Source of the DNA: Camelus ferus | Lineage: Eukaryota | Length of the DNA: 64,000 nucleotides | Direction: 5' to 3' | Assembly: GCF_009834535.1 (NCBI RefSeq) | Contig: NC_045696.1 | Span: 42,782,001-42,846,000, forward strand | In this document: positions 39,001 to 50,024 of the stretch, one piece after another | How the letters are laid out: each line of letters begins with the position of its first letter | How positions within the stretch are numbered: the stretch's first letter is position 1 | The notes under the pieces: generated by a model | What the model was told of the DNA's origin: nothing | The model's database searches: none | The model's input: only the letters and a program-made list of their open reading frames with translations | Translations under genes and position numbers: made by a program

Positions 39001-39813
39001 GCTGTGTCCCATACAATTTTTGTGGTTGTGCTTTCATTTTCATTTGTCTCAAGGTATTTTTCAATTTCAGCTTTGATTTCCTTATTGACCCATTGGCTTT
39101 TTAATAACATATTGTTTAATCTCCATGCTTTCCTTTTTTTCTCCTTTGTTTCTCTGTTGTTGATTTCTAGTTTCATAGCATTGTGATCAGTAAAGATGCT
39201 TGAGATAATTTCTATCTTCTTAAAATTGCTGAGGTTTCTTTTGTGCCCAAGTACATGATCAATTGGAAAATGTTCCATGTGCACTTGAAAAGAAAGTATA
39301 TCCTATTTTTGGGGGGTGTAATGCTCTGAAAATATCCACCAAATCTAATTTTTCTATTGTATTATTTAATTTCTCTTTTGCCTTATATATTTTCTGTATA
39401 GTGATGTTAATGCAGTGTTCAAATCTCCAACTATGATTGTTTTATGTACTTAGGTGCTCCTATATTGGGTGCATATATATTAACGAGAGTAATGGCCTCA
39501 TCTTGTATCATTCCTTTAATCATTATAAAATGTCCTTCTTCATCTTTCTTTATGGCTTTTGTTTTAAGTCTGTTTTGTCTGAAATCAGTACTGCAACACC
39601 TGCTTTTTTGGCTTTTCCATTTGCATGGAATATCCTTTTCCATCCTTTCACTCTCAATCTATATGTGTCCTTCTCCCTAAAGTGGGTCTCTTGTATGCAG
39701 CCTATTGAAGGTTCTTGCTTTATTATCCAGTCTGCCACTCTGTGTCTTTTGACTGGAGCATTTAGTCCATTAACATTTAGAGTAATTAATGATAGATGTG
39801 TGTTTATTGACAT
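36074..39813 (-). pseudogene. L1 ORF2 (endonuclease-reverse transcriptase), multiply frameshifted
   Basis: MSINTHLSLITLNVNGLNAP (EN start), [54 protein letters not shown]. The catalytic Y/FADD motif reads YHDN at ~37764-37775. Confidence 0.95.
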
Positions 39814-40182
39814 TTTGAGCTTATCTTTGCAGTTGATTTGGTCTTTCCTCTTCTTTTTGTGGTTTGGTAATCTTCCTTTGTATTATCATGGATTTTATTT
39901 AGTTTTTGTGACTCCCTTGTAAGTTTTTGGCTTGTGGTTACCCTTTTCTGTAAGTCTATTAGTCCATTACTATATCTCAAACCCATCCTACCGAAAACAA
40001 AAAATTTTTAAAAAAGAAAGAAAGAAAAAAAAATATTCTAAATTTTCTTGCTTCCCTGTCCCACTCTTAATGATTTAAATGTCTTCTTTTACAATTTTGT
40101 GTTTATTTTATTTGTAATTCATGAGTTATCACCTTTCCAGTTATGATTTTCTCATTTCTGTAGCATCCTGCTTCTTTTCTAT

Positions 40183-41086
40183 TTAGAGTAGACCTTTCAG
40201 TATTTCTTTTAGCATGGGTTTAGTGTTGCTAAACTCTTGTAGTTTTTGCTTGTCTGTGAAATTCTATCTCTCTCCTTCTATCCTAAAGGATAGCCTTGTT
40301 GGATAAAGTCCTAGGCTGCATCTTTTTTCATTCAGGACTTTGAATATATCTTGCCTCTCCCTTCTGGCCTGTAGTTTTTGTGTAGCGAAATCAGCTGAGA
40401 GCCTTATGGGGGTTCCTGTGTAACTCACTCTTTGCTTTTCTCTTGTTACCCTTAGGATCATTTCTTTCTCCTTGACTCTGGCCATCTTGATTATGAAATG
40501 TCTTGGTGTGGGTCTGTTTGGGTTCTTCCTGTTTGGGACCCTTTGAGCTTCCTGTATTTGGATATCTGATTCCTTCTTTAGGTTTGGGAAGTTTTCAGTC
40601 ATGATTTATTCAAAAACCTTTTCAATCCCCTTTGATCTTTCTTCCCCTTCTGGAACCCCTATTGTGCGAAGATCGGCACACTTTATGTTATCCCATAGGT
40701 CCCTTATGTTGCTTTCATTTGTTTTTATTTGTTTATCTTGCAGTTGTTCTGATTGGGTGCTTTCTGTTTTCCTGTCTTCTAGGTCACTAATTCGTTCCTC
40801 TGCATTATCTACTCTGCTTTGCACTGACTTTAGTTAGGTCTGATCTCATCTCAGCCAATGAGTTTACCAGTTCTACTTGGTTCTTCTTTATAGCTTCGAT
40901 TTCATTTTTGATACATTTTATATCTCTAAACACTATCTCTTTTAGTTCCTTCAATACTTTGATCACTCCTTTTTTGAAATCTTGATGTAGTAGGCTATCG
41001 ATGTCTATTTCATTGATCATTCTTTCAGGGGATTTCTCTTGTTCTTTTAATTGGGAGTGGTTTCTCTGCTTCTTCATCTTGCTCAT
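40183..41086 (-). pseudogene. L1 ORF1 (RNA-binding), frameshifted
   Basis: MSKMKKQRNHSQLKEQE..., NIRDLWDNIK, PTPRHFIIKM, PIRLSADF, ending ...LKEILKGLL*. Confidence 0.95.
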
Positions 41087-41224
41087 ATGTCTCTTGTACT
41101 GTGACTTATGGAGTATCAGTTATCTATTGTGGTCTTTAAAGGAGTTTATTTATTTATCTATCTAATGCCTATGTAGGAATAAAACTTAAAAAGTAAAAAA
41201 AGAGAGAGAGAAAGAATTTTAAAA

Positions 41225-42295
41225 GGGAGGAAAAAAAGGTTTGAAAACAGTGTATAATCAATTATAGAAGCGCAATTTGAATCGGACTAGCTTTCAAGTT
41301 GAGACATCTGTTTTTTTCCTAAAAACCCTTAAAAAAAAAAAAAAAGGAAAAAAGATCCCAAAACGATATTTGAAACCTATTTATAATCTATAACAGGAGA
41401 TCAAAACCAAAAGAAATGAAAATGAAATCAGGTGGATTTTATTTTTAAAAAAATAATAATAATGTAACTACTTTAAGAAAAAAATTTAAAATGAATTAAA
41501 ACTAGAAGCATATACAATTGTTTAGAAAGTAGAAATTAAAAAGGTAATAGAAAATAGAACAGATTTAAAAAAAAAGATATTTTAAGAGAAGGGAGGAAAA
41601 AAAGGCCTGAAAATAGTGTATAGTCAATTATAGAAGAGTAATTTGAATTAGAGTAGCATTCGAATTGAGATCTTTTTAAAAACCCTCAAAAAAAAAAAAA
41701 AAAAAAGGAAAAAAGATCAAAAAATGACACCTGAAACCCATTTACCCAACAACAGGAGATCAAACCCAAAAGAAGTGAAAATGCAATCTTGTAAATTCTC
41801 TTTAAAAAACAATATAACTACTTTAAGAGAAAAACTCAAAAGGAATCAAAACTAGAAGCACACACAACCTTCCAGAAATTAGAAATCAAAAAGGTATTAA
41901 AAAATAGAACAGACAAAAAAAAAAAAAAAAAAAAAGATATGATAGAATTCCGGAAAAGGGCAGGAAAAAAAAGGCCTGAAAACAGCATACAATGAACAAC
42001 TGAAGAGTAAGTTGAAGCAGAACAGCAATCGGGTTGAGATGTCTCCCAAAAAGCTCCAAAATAGGACAAAAGAGGAAAAAAACACATTTGAAACCTGTGT
42101 ACAATCAACATCAGGCGATCAAAACCAAGAGAAAAAATGACACAAGTGGATCTTTCAAAATAACAACCTTACCATTTTAAAAGAAAAATTCAAAAGGGAC
42201 CCAAACAGGGAGGATACAACCGTTTAAAAAGCAAAAATCAAAAACGTAACAGAATACAGCAGGCAAAAACAGATAAAAAAAAAAAACTAAAAAGG
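41225..42295. repeat. Three ~366-bp A-rich tandem units in the L1 5'UTR
   Basis: GGG(C)AGGAAAAAAAGG starts at 41225, 41591 and 41958; TGAAACC...CAGG.GATCAAA.CCAA occurs in all units. Confidence 0.85.
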
Positions 42296-42399
42296 GTAGG
42301 GGGTGTTCTCCTGGAGACTGTGTACTCTTAATGAGAAGTCTTTCTGTCTTCGCCCTGTTTCGAGAGCTTGGCTTGTTGTTTCCCGAGGCCCTCTGTTGG

Positions 42400-42800
42400 C
42401 GCCCTTGTCTGTGCTGCTCCTAGTGCCTGTGGGCAAGCAGATCGCGCCCCCTCCCAGCGCAGCGTTCCTGCCGGAAAGGTGGGGGGGGCCACCCGCCGTC
42501 TCCCGGCGCCGGTCGCTCCGCAGCTCTGCGCCACCACGCGCTCCGACCGCAGGAGGGCCGGGAAGACCGCCGAACAGCCCCGCCCCTGCTCCCTGTCCAA
42601 GCTCAGCTCCTTGTTTGTTCTGGCCGCACGAACTTTGCTAGGCACCAGGGCGGAAGGATCTTATCTGATTTGGGCTGCAAACAAGTCGCTGTCTGGCCTC
42701 TGAGGCTGCCAAGCCCCCAGGAGCGGACTCAGGTTTCGCCCCCGCCCCCACCTGGGTGCCAAGCGCCGGAGGATATGGCGGCTTGTGCCTGAGCCCCGCC
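42400..42800. promoter_or_regulatory. CpG-rich part of the L1 5'UTR internal promoter
   Basis: About 23 CpGs counted in 42421-42640; GC-boxes GCCCCGCCC. Confidence 0.6.
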
Positions 42801-43429
42801 TGTCCTCACGGAAAACCTTCCTTGGGTTTTCAGAGATGGGGATATGCACCCTTTCACCCAGGGCGTATCAGCCGTGCTGTTTCATGGAGGGCCCAGGTTG
42901 TTCTGCCCTGTGCACCCACTCATCCACGTTGTGTAGCCCCTGCAGTCCCCTGGGGCTGCCTCAGCGCAGCCATCCCCATCCTCCACCTGGCTTGGGCAGC
43001 CTATCCCGGCCCCCAGCTCCCAGCTCGGGCCTCCAGCTGGGTGTCGCAGGGACCCTCTGCTGGTTGAACCCAGTTCTGTCAGTCAAGGGCTTCTCCATAC
43101 AGATCCAAGCCTCAGAGGCTCCCCTTCCATCCCGCTGGCCTCTCAGTTGGAGAGGGGAGACCCAGCGAAGGAGCAGCCAGTCCTCCTTTGCTGCTCCCTC
43201 CTCGGGGGACCGGTCCCACACCGTTTTGCCTTTTCATCTTCTTTTTTTTTTTTTTTCCTTTTTCCTACCAGATTTTTGGCATCTTTATATTTTGAAGAGG
43301 ACAATGTTCTGTCGGAGTTCCACAGGTGCTCTGGTTGGCTGAGTGGGCCCGTAGATGTGAGTCTTGGTGTATCTGTGGGAGAGGGTGAGCTGCGTGCATC
43401 TTACTACTCCGCCGTCTTGGCCTCCTCCC

Positions 43430-43662
43430 AGTATTTTATTTTTTGATGCAATTTTAAAAGGGATTTTTTAACTTTCCTTTTCTGATATTTCATTGTTAGT
43501 GTAAACAAATGCAACTGATTTCTGTATGTTAATTTTGTATCCTGCTACCTTGATGAATTCTTCTGTTAGCTCTAGTACTAGTTTTTGTATGGAGTCTTTA
43601 AGGCTTTCTATATATAGTATCATGTCACATGCTGTAGAGTGACAATTTTAGCTCTTCTCTTC
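43430..43662 (-). mobile_element. Continuation (5'-truncated end) of the older L1
   Basis: Resumes the ORF2 sequence exactly where 35727 stops (compare 37570-37800). Confidence 0.9.
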
Positions 43663-43796
43663 CCCAGTAACTGAATTCATCCAGGCAGCAGGGACAACTC
43701 CAATATGCTAGAGGGGCTACGTTGGGCACACAAGTGGGAAAGTGAGGCCACCAAGCACTGAAAGGAGAATCTCAAAACACAGTTCTTCCTGATCAT

Positions 43797-46440
43797 TTGC
43801 TTGTACCCATTATTATTTCTTTTCTTCTGCTTGCTTTGAATTTAATTTGCTCCTTTTCCAGTTTTCTAAGATGGAAACTTTTTCTTACTTTTCTAACATA
43901 TGCATTCAGTGCTATAAATTCCCCTCTAAGGACTGCCTTCACTGCATCCCATGGATTTCATTGTCATTTAGTTCAAAATAGTTTTTAATTTTTCTTGAGA
44001 GTTTTTTCTTTGACTGACCTCAAAGAAGTATGTTCTTTAATATCTCTATTTTGGGATTTTCCATTTATCTTTCTGTTAATAATGTCTAATTTAATGTCAT
44101 TGTGGTCTGAGAGTAGACATTGCATGATTTCTACACTTTTAAATTTGCTAAGGGGTGTTTTATGGTCCATAATGTGGCCTGTCTTGGTAAATGTTTCATA
44201 TAAGTTTGACAAAAATCTGTATTCTGCTGTTATTGTTGTATAAGCTAGTCAATAGGTGTCCATTATATCTAGTTGATTGATGGTATTGTTGAGTTCAACT
44301 ATGTCCATACTCATTTTCCATCTGCTGAATCTGTTCATTTTTGATAAAGGGACACTGAAGTCTTTGACTATAATAATGGATGCATCTGTTTCTCTTCGCA
44401 GTTTTCTTAGTTTTTACATCATGTATTTTGACACTGTTGTTGGGTACATACACATTAAAAATTGTTATGTTTTCTTGGAGAATTGACCTCTTTATCATTT
44501 TGTAAGACCCTTCTTTAATCCTGCTAACTTTCCCTACTTGGAAGAGTGCTTTGTCTAACATTAATAGACACACTCTTACTTTTTCAGGTTAATGTTAGCA
44601 TGGTATGTTTTACTCCATTCATTTACTTTTAACACATTGATCACCATGGCACACAAATTTGGGTGACAGTCATATTTCCTCAGGGGCACCTGATCTATAG
44701 TGGGTGATCAATGTGTTAACACTTATGTGTCTTTATACTAAAGTGGGTCTCTAACAGACAACACATAGTTGGGTTTTATTTCTTGACAATCTGTCCTTTA
44801 ATTTGTATATGTAAATTACAAATATTGAAAGTGATCATTGATATAATTGAATTAATATCTACCATATTTGTTAGTATTTTTCTATTTGTCACTTTTGTTC
44901 TTTATTCCTATTTTTGTCTTCCACTCTTTTTCTGTCTTTTGTGCTTTTAATCAAACGTTTTATGTGATTTTCTTTTTTCTTAGCACATTCATTATACTTC
45001 TGTTTTTACTTTTTTTTAATGGTTGCAGTATACATTTACAGCTAATCCAAGTCTACTTTTAAATAACACTATACTGATTCATAGGTAGAGAGTACCTTAT
45101 AATGACAAAATAACCCTTATTCCTTCCTCTGTCCCTTTTATCATTGCTGTCATTTATTTCACTTATACATAAGCTCATATAAATATACATAAGTACACGT
45201 GATTGAGTACACTGTTACCATTATTATTTTGAACATACTGTTAGCTACTAGATCATTAAGAATAAGAAAAATAGATTTCTTAACTTTACCTTTACTTATT
45301 GCTTCTCTGATGCTCTTCATTTTTTTATATAGATCTGAATTTCTGCCCTCTTTCATTTACCTTCATTAATTTTTTTTTTTTTAACATTTCCCGCAAGGTC
45401 TTCTACTGTCATTACTGTCATTATTGTTTCAAACATTTCTTCTCTTCCTTTCTCTCTTTTCCTTCTGGAATTCTCATTAGGCACCATGTTATACCTTTTT
45501 TAGTTCTTTCACATTTTTGGATATTTTATTTGTTCTGTTTTTTTTTTTTTTTTTTTTCCTTTCTTTCTCTCTTCAGTTCTTTTTCTTGCTGCTTTTCAGT
45601 TTCAGTGGTTTCTAGTAAGATACCCTCAGGTCAGAGACGCTTTTCTCAGCTGTATCCAGTCTACCAATAATCCCACCAAATATGCATTTTTCTTTTCTCT
45701 TAGTGTTTTTTTTTTTTAAATCTCTCCTTCTCTCTCTAATTTTTTTTTTTTTTTGATTTTTTGTTAGAATTTCCATCTCTCTGCCTCCATTGCCCATCAG
45801 TTTTGCGTTTTGTACTTTACGCATTGGAGTCCTTAGCATCTTATCCACAGTTCTTTTAAACCTCTGATAATTCCCACATCCCTGCCATATCTTAGTCTGG
45901 TTCTGATGCTTATTATTTCTTTTCAGACTTTGGCTCTTGTCTTTTAGTATGTCTTCTTTCTTAGTAACTGAACATGATGTACTTGGTAAAGGGAACTGCT
46001 GTAATTAGGCCTTTGGTGGGGGGGGGAAGTGTTTTATAAGTAGGTTTTGGTCTTTTAGTGAGTTTGTAGCACTGAACTGTGAACTTCACATATGCTTCTC
46101 AGTTTTTAGCTTCTCTTCACTGGGACAAGATGGCTAGAGTGGGCTGTATTTGGGTATTGCCTTTCTTTAACATTGGAAGGCTACAGTGAGCTGGAATTGG
46201 AGTTTTCCTTCCCCCAGGTCAATTAAACTCTGATTAACCTCAGCCAGTCAGGCTCTAGCTAAACAGTTTCACCTGAGGGCAGGTATTTTAAGCCAAACAG
46301 CTGGGGGAGCTCTGGCGTTTTTCAAAATGGCTCCTTTTCCTTTCCTCCTGTCAGAAGCACAGGAGGTTTTTCTCTGCAATTCCCTGTGAGAACGTGGTCC
46401 ACCTCCTGGAGGTAAGATGCAAAAGTGTGGGGTTCCCCTG
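43797..46440 (-). mobile_element. Ancient L1M (L1MC/MD-like) ORF2 EN domain, spacer and ORF1 region
   Basis: Antisense ORFs ETFTKTGHIMDHKT...LSDHNDIKLDI and IKEGSYKMIKRSILQENITIFNVYVPNN; ORF1-like GIIGRLDTAEKSVSDL. Confidence 0.75.
44633..44715. mobile_element. piggyBac-type MITE (83 bp)
   Basis: TTAA|CACATTGATCACC...GGTGATCAATGTG|TTAA: perfect 13-bp TIRs and TTAA TSD; the host L1 is restored on removal. Confidence 0.8.
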
Positions 46441-46779
46441 ATGTTAAAGGCCAAAGGCAGTCTTTTATTTCAGTGTTGCGTTTTCCCATTTAGCAGATAA
46501 ACTGAGGTGCAGGGTGTTTTGTATCATTTATTTTACATGAAGTATGTCCTTCAATATGTGTTGTAAATGGTATTGAATTCTCTGTTTTACTTGTCTGTGA
46601 AAGTTGTTCTTTAGCTTTCCTTATTAAAAAATTGTTGCATATTTCCTGGGTTGATGTTTTTCTTTAAGAACTTGAGAGACGCTACTTGGCTATCTTTTGC
46701 GTAAAAATTGAGTTGAATGTGGGTTGTGTTGTAGATGTAGTTACCCTTAGCACTTTTTTTTTGCTTCACCTTTTTTTTT

Positions 46780-47718
46780 TTTCAGAGTTACCTTTTGCAT
46801 AGGGTGCAAGTTGGCTTATCAGAGGGTTTTTTCTCAATCTCCTGTTCTCCTGTTACCTTTAGGCTTTCTCTTTGTGCTTCCCCATCAGAACAGGTCTTTG
46901 TCCATGCTGTCACCATAGGGACAGACTGCCGCATAGTCAGTGCTGAGTATCCCGGCGGTGGGGACAAGGAGGGCATTTTCTGTTTTGCTCGTTCAATTTC
47001 AGTCTTAGACTGGCTTGGTGTTCTTGGGGATGGAGCTTTCTCTATGGTCTTGCTCTGGTTCCTTTTGCTAGATGTAGAAAGTTCTAAAAACCAGGGTCTG
47101 GGGAGTCTAACTCTCCTCCCAAGGGTGGGATGTTTTTTCTGGTCTCTTGCTCTAGCTGCAAATGTTTGCTCTCCCTCCTCCGCCTTCCTCAACTCACAGC
47201 TCAAAATCCTTCCCCCACCCCGTGGGAGAGAAGTTACAGGTGGAACTCTCTGCTTCTCTGCAGCGGCAGCTGCTTTTCTCGCTCAGGCTTGAACCACAAA
47301 GGGGTCCTTTTTCCTAGTCTCTCTTCTCAAAGTTGTTCTTGTTACCTTGTGACATCCATGGAAAAGTCTGAGTTTGGTGTCAAATCCCTGGCGTCTCTGG
47401 CCCTTGGTAGTTCTGTACTCTCAGATTATCCTGCACTTGGTCTTTAGCAATCTGTTCACATTCTTAGCTGAGATCTTTTTACTGGCTTATATGTTAGCCC
47501 GGTTTTCCTCCTGTTTGGCCCGGGATAAGCCACCACTTGTGTTTCCTTGAAGGTGCCTGTCTTTCCTCAGATTTCAGCCTAACTTGTTTCCCCTGTGGCC
47601 TCCGTTGTTTTATTAGCTCAGAACAAATTAAAACTTCGTAGATTTTTCAGCTTTCTCCTGTCGTGTGAGTGGGACGAATACTCTTCATACGTTTCTGTAT
47701 CCTAATTGGAAGCCAAGC
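46780..47718 (-). mobile_element. Ancient L1M 5'UTR region
   Basis: Reverse complement reads ...GGAGAAAGCTGAAAAATCT...GAGGCCACAGGGGAAAC...AAATCTGAGGAAAGACAGGCA, like L1MD/ME 5' ends. Confidence 0.55.
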
Positions 47719-49257
47719 CTTTGTGGAGAAGAGTTTTTGTTCAGCTGGAAATCATTAAAACTGCCTGCTGTAGATAATGAGAAAATTATTCACAGTTGTG
47801 TTGGGCTAGTGAGTTTTTCATTAGCAGTTGTGTTGGCTACCCTTTGAAAATTCAGGTCTTTAAAGGCTAGAACACAATTTTTCTATGACGAAAATGTGTA
47901 TGTGTTGTCATTTGTAAATGTGATGCCTTTGGCATATCATTATTAAGCTGTTGGCTTTAAGTTGATTTTATGTTTTATTAATAGAGTGACACATTAAATG
48001 GATGTTCTTGCGTAAAAAAATCAGAAAATATAAAAATGGCTATTTTAACACCATCTCACAGTAGGAAAGCTGACTTTATTATCTGTAAATTTAAAATTTG
48101 GAAATTTTATTTCTCTTTAGAACATGTCAGAATGTGAACACAGTAATTCATTAGACAATTGAGCAATTAATTTTAGTACATCGAAATTCTTAATTCTAAT
48201 GTACTGCATCATCTCTGTTACATTTGATTTCATCACACTTGTCATTATCACATTTAATTTCATCAGTGTCAAAATGACTTGAAAGTTGAGTTTACATTAA
48301 AGATACGCACTCTTGACCTCTGAGTAGAGTAATAGTTTAATGCTGTCAAAAAATATTTTTTTCAGAGCTCTGTATTTACTCAGTTGAGTTGGAAAGCTAG
48401 AAGCAGAGTGACACTGAAAAATATAACAGCTATAAATAATGAATGTGTTATGGTCTTACATTTTCTTTCTGTGCTGTCATTTTCAAGAATTGGATGAAGA
48501 AATGAGTAATGTGAAATCAGTTTCACCATGTGACCCTTATCTGTGAGCTAGCTGTTTGTTAATTCAGTGTCTTTACTGAGTGGCTGTTAGGACAGGTGAT
48601 GTTCATGGAACTGTGGAGGCAGCAGTGACGGGGAAAACCAGCTTGGATTCATGTGTAGCTCTCCAGGTTTTCAAGAAAAATTAAAAGTACTTACTGTACT
48701 TTCATATTAACTTTGCTAATAAGATCTCATGTAGGATAGCTTAACTTGGAGTGCTTTAACTTCTAGCAGTTGACTGCAGATTCAACTGCTGTATTTTTTT
48801 TTTCTAGCATATATAAATACACTTTTTTGTGTATGAACAATTTAGAGGAGTGTACAAGTATATTCTTCTCTGAGGGTGTCAGTAAAGTTGAGGAACTAGA
48901 ATAGAACATGAAATGTTTGGTTAAACTTATGCTAAGTTCCATTTATTGATTTCCCCTTTTGGGTTGAAGATACCTCTGTGGCTCTTCTGAGCACTCTGTG
49001 TGCATGAGGCAATACTACTAGGCTTTGAGGAATCTCAGCAACATGAGGAACAGGTCTCTTTATCAGGTCTAGATTGAAGGATACATTACATTGCGGGTTT
49101 TTTTGTTTTGTTGGTTTTTCTGGTGTGCTGAAGCCAGTTTTGTGAGAGCTGATTATTAAATTTTCCAGAAACTTGACACCTGGTTGTCTAACAATTGGTG
49201 ACTTAAAATCTGACATAGTGGAGTATTTTTTTTTAAAGTGGAGGCATATTATTATTA

Positions 49258-49825
49258 TGTTTCAGAGTCCCCAGCACCATCCCCACCTTAAAAGATTTCC
49301 TAGAGTGATTCATGGGATTTAAGATAGAGTTTTACTCTTAAAATATTTATTAAACAGATGGAGTAAAGGTAAACAGCAGGATCATTAGGGAAAGAGATGT
49401 AAGTAGCGAGGGGAGGAACCTGTGTGCAGGCCTCCTTATGCTCTCTCCCTCATTAGCTGTCACATGGAGCACGCTCTTCCCTAGCAGTGGAAATGCAGCC
49501 ACATGTGTGCTGTGTTTTTGCTGAGGGAAGCTGGCTAGAGACTCATGGGCTAGGTTTTTATTGGGAGCTGGTCACATAGGCACTCCCTGCCTCGCACATA
49601 CCAAAGTTCAGACTCCCAGGAAAAAAAAAAAAAAAAAAGCAGATACAGTAGAAAGCACGTTGTTTTCACAAACACTTTAGACACCGTATACGACCCCTAG
49701 CATTTTGGGGGTGGTAGGAATACTCTGAAAATCCAGGTTCCCAGACAACAGCCAAGAGTCAGTCTTGAAAGCAGGCCTTCTAGCCTAGCAGCCCTGGGCC
49801 AGCTCTGTTAACCTTTTTCTGCACA
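49258..49825 (-). mobile_element. ERVL solo LTR, MER68-like
   Basis: Reverse complement starts TGTGCAGAAAAAGGTTAACAGAGC...AGAAGGCCTGC...TCTGGGAACCTGGATTTT and ends GGGGACTCTGAAACA; ATTA on both flanks. Confidence 0.75.
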
Positions 49826-50024
49826 ATTAACTATTTCTAGTACCTTGGTTGTAAAAAAAAAAAAAAAATTGTATATGTTAGCAATAACAACCAAGTTTCT
49901 AACTATTGATGTAGCTTAATTGGAATTACCAAGTTAGAGTCGTTAATCAGATCTTATTAACCAGGTTATCCTTCTGCTCTCGAATCCAGTTCTGATGACT
50001 AGATCCCCTGCTCCTTCTCTGTGC

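Larger units (their letters stand above)
35728..43429 (-). mobile_element. Full-length (~7.7 kb) young LINE-1, inactivated
   Basis: 5' start GGGAGGAGGCCAAGACGGCGG at 43429, 5'UTR, ORF1, 369-nt spacer, ORF2, 3'UTR, AATAAA at 35775-35780, (AAAAT)n tail; TSD AGTATTTTATTTT at 35715-35727 and 43430-43442. Confidence 0.95.

Noticed and set aside
41225..42295. Tandem units considered as a CRISPR-like or prokaryotic system
   Set aside because: Eukaryotic L1 5'UTR repeats with no repeat-spacer structure; nothing prokaryotic in the window
46795..47292. 165-aa and 138-aa overlapping ORFs
   Set aside because: Inside a decayed L1M 5' region, with no recognisable domain
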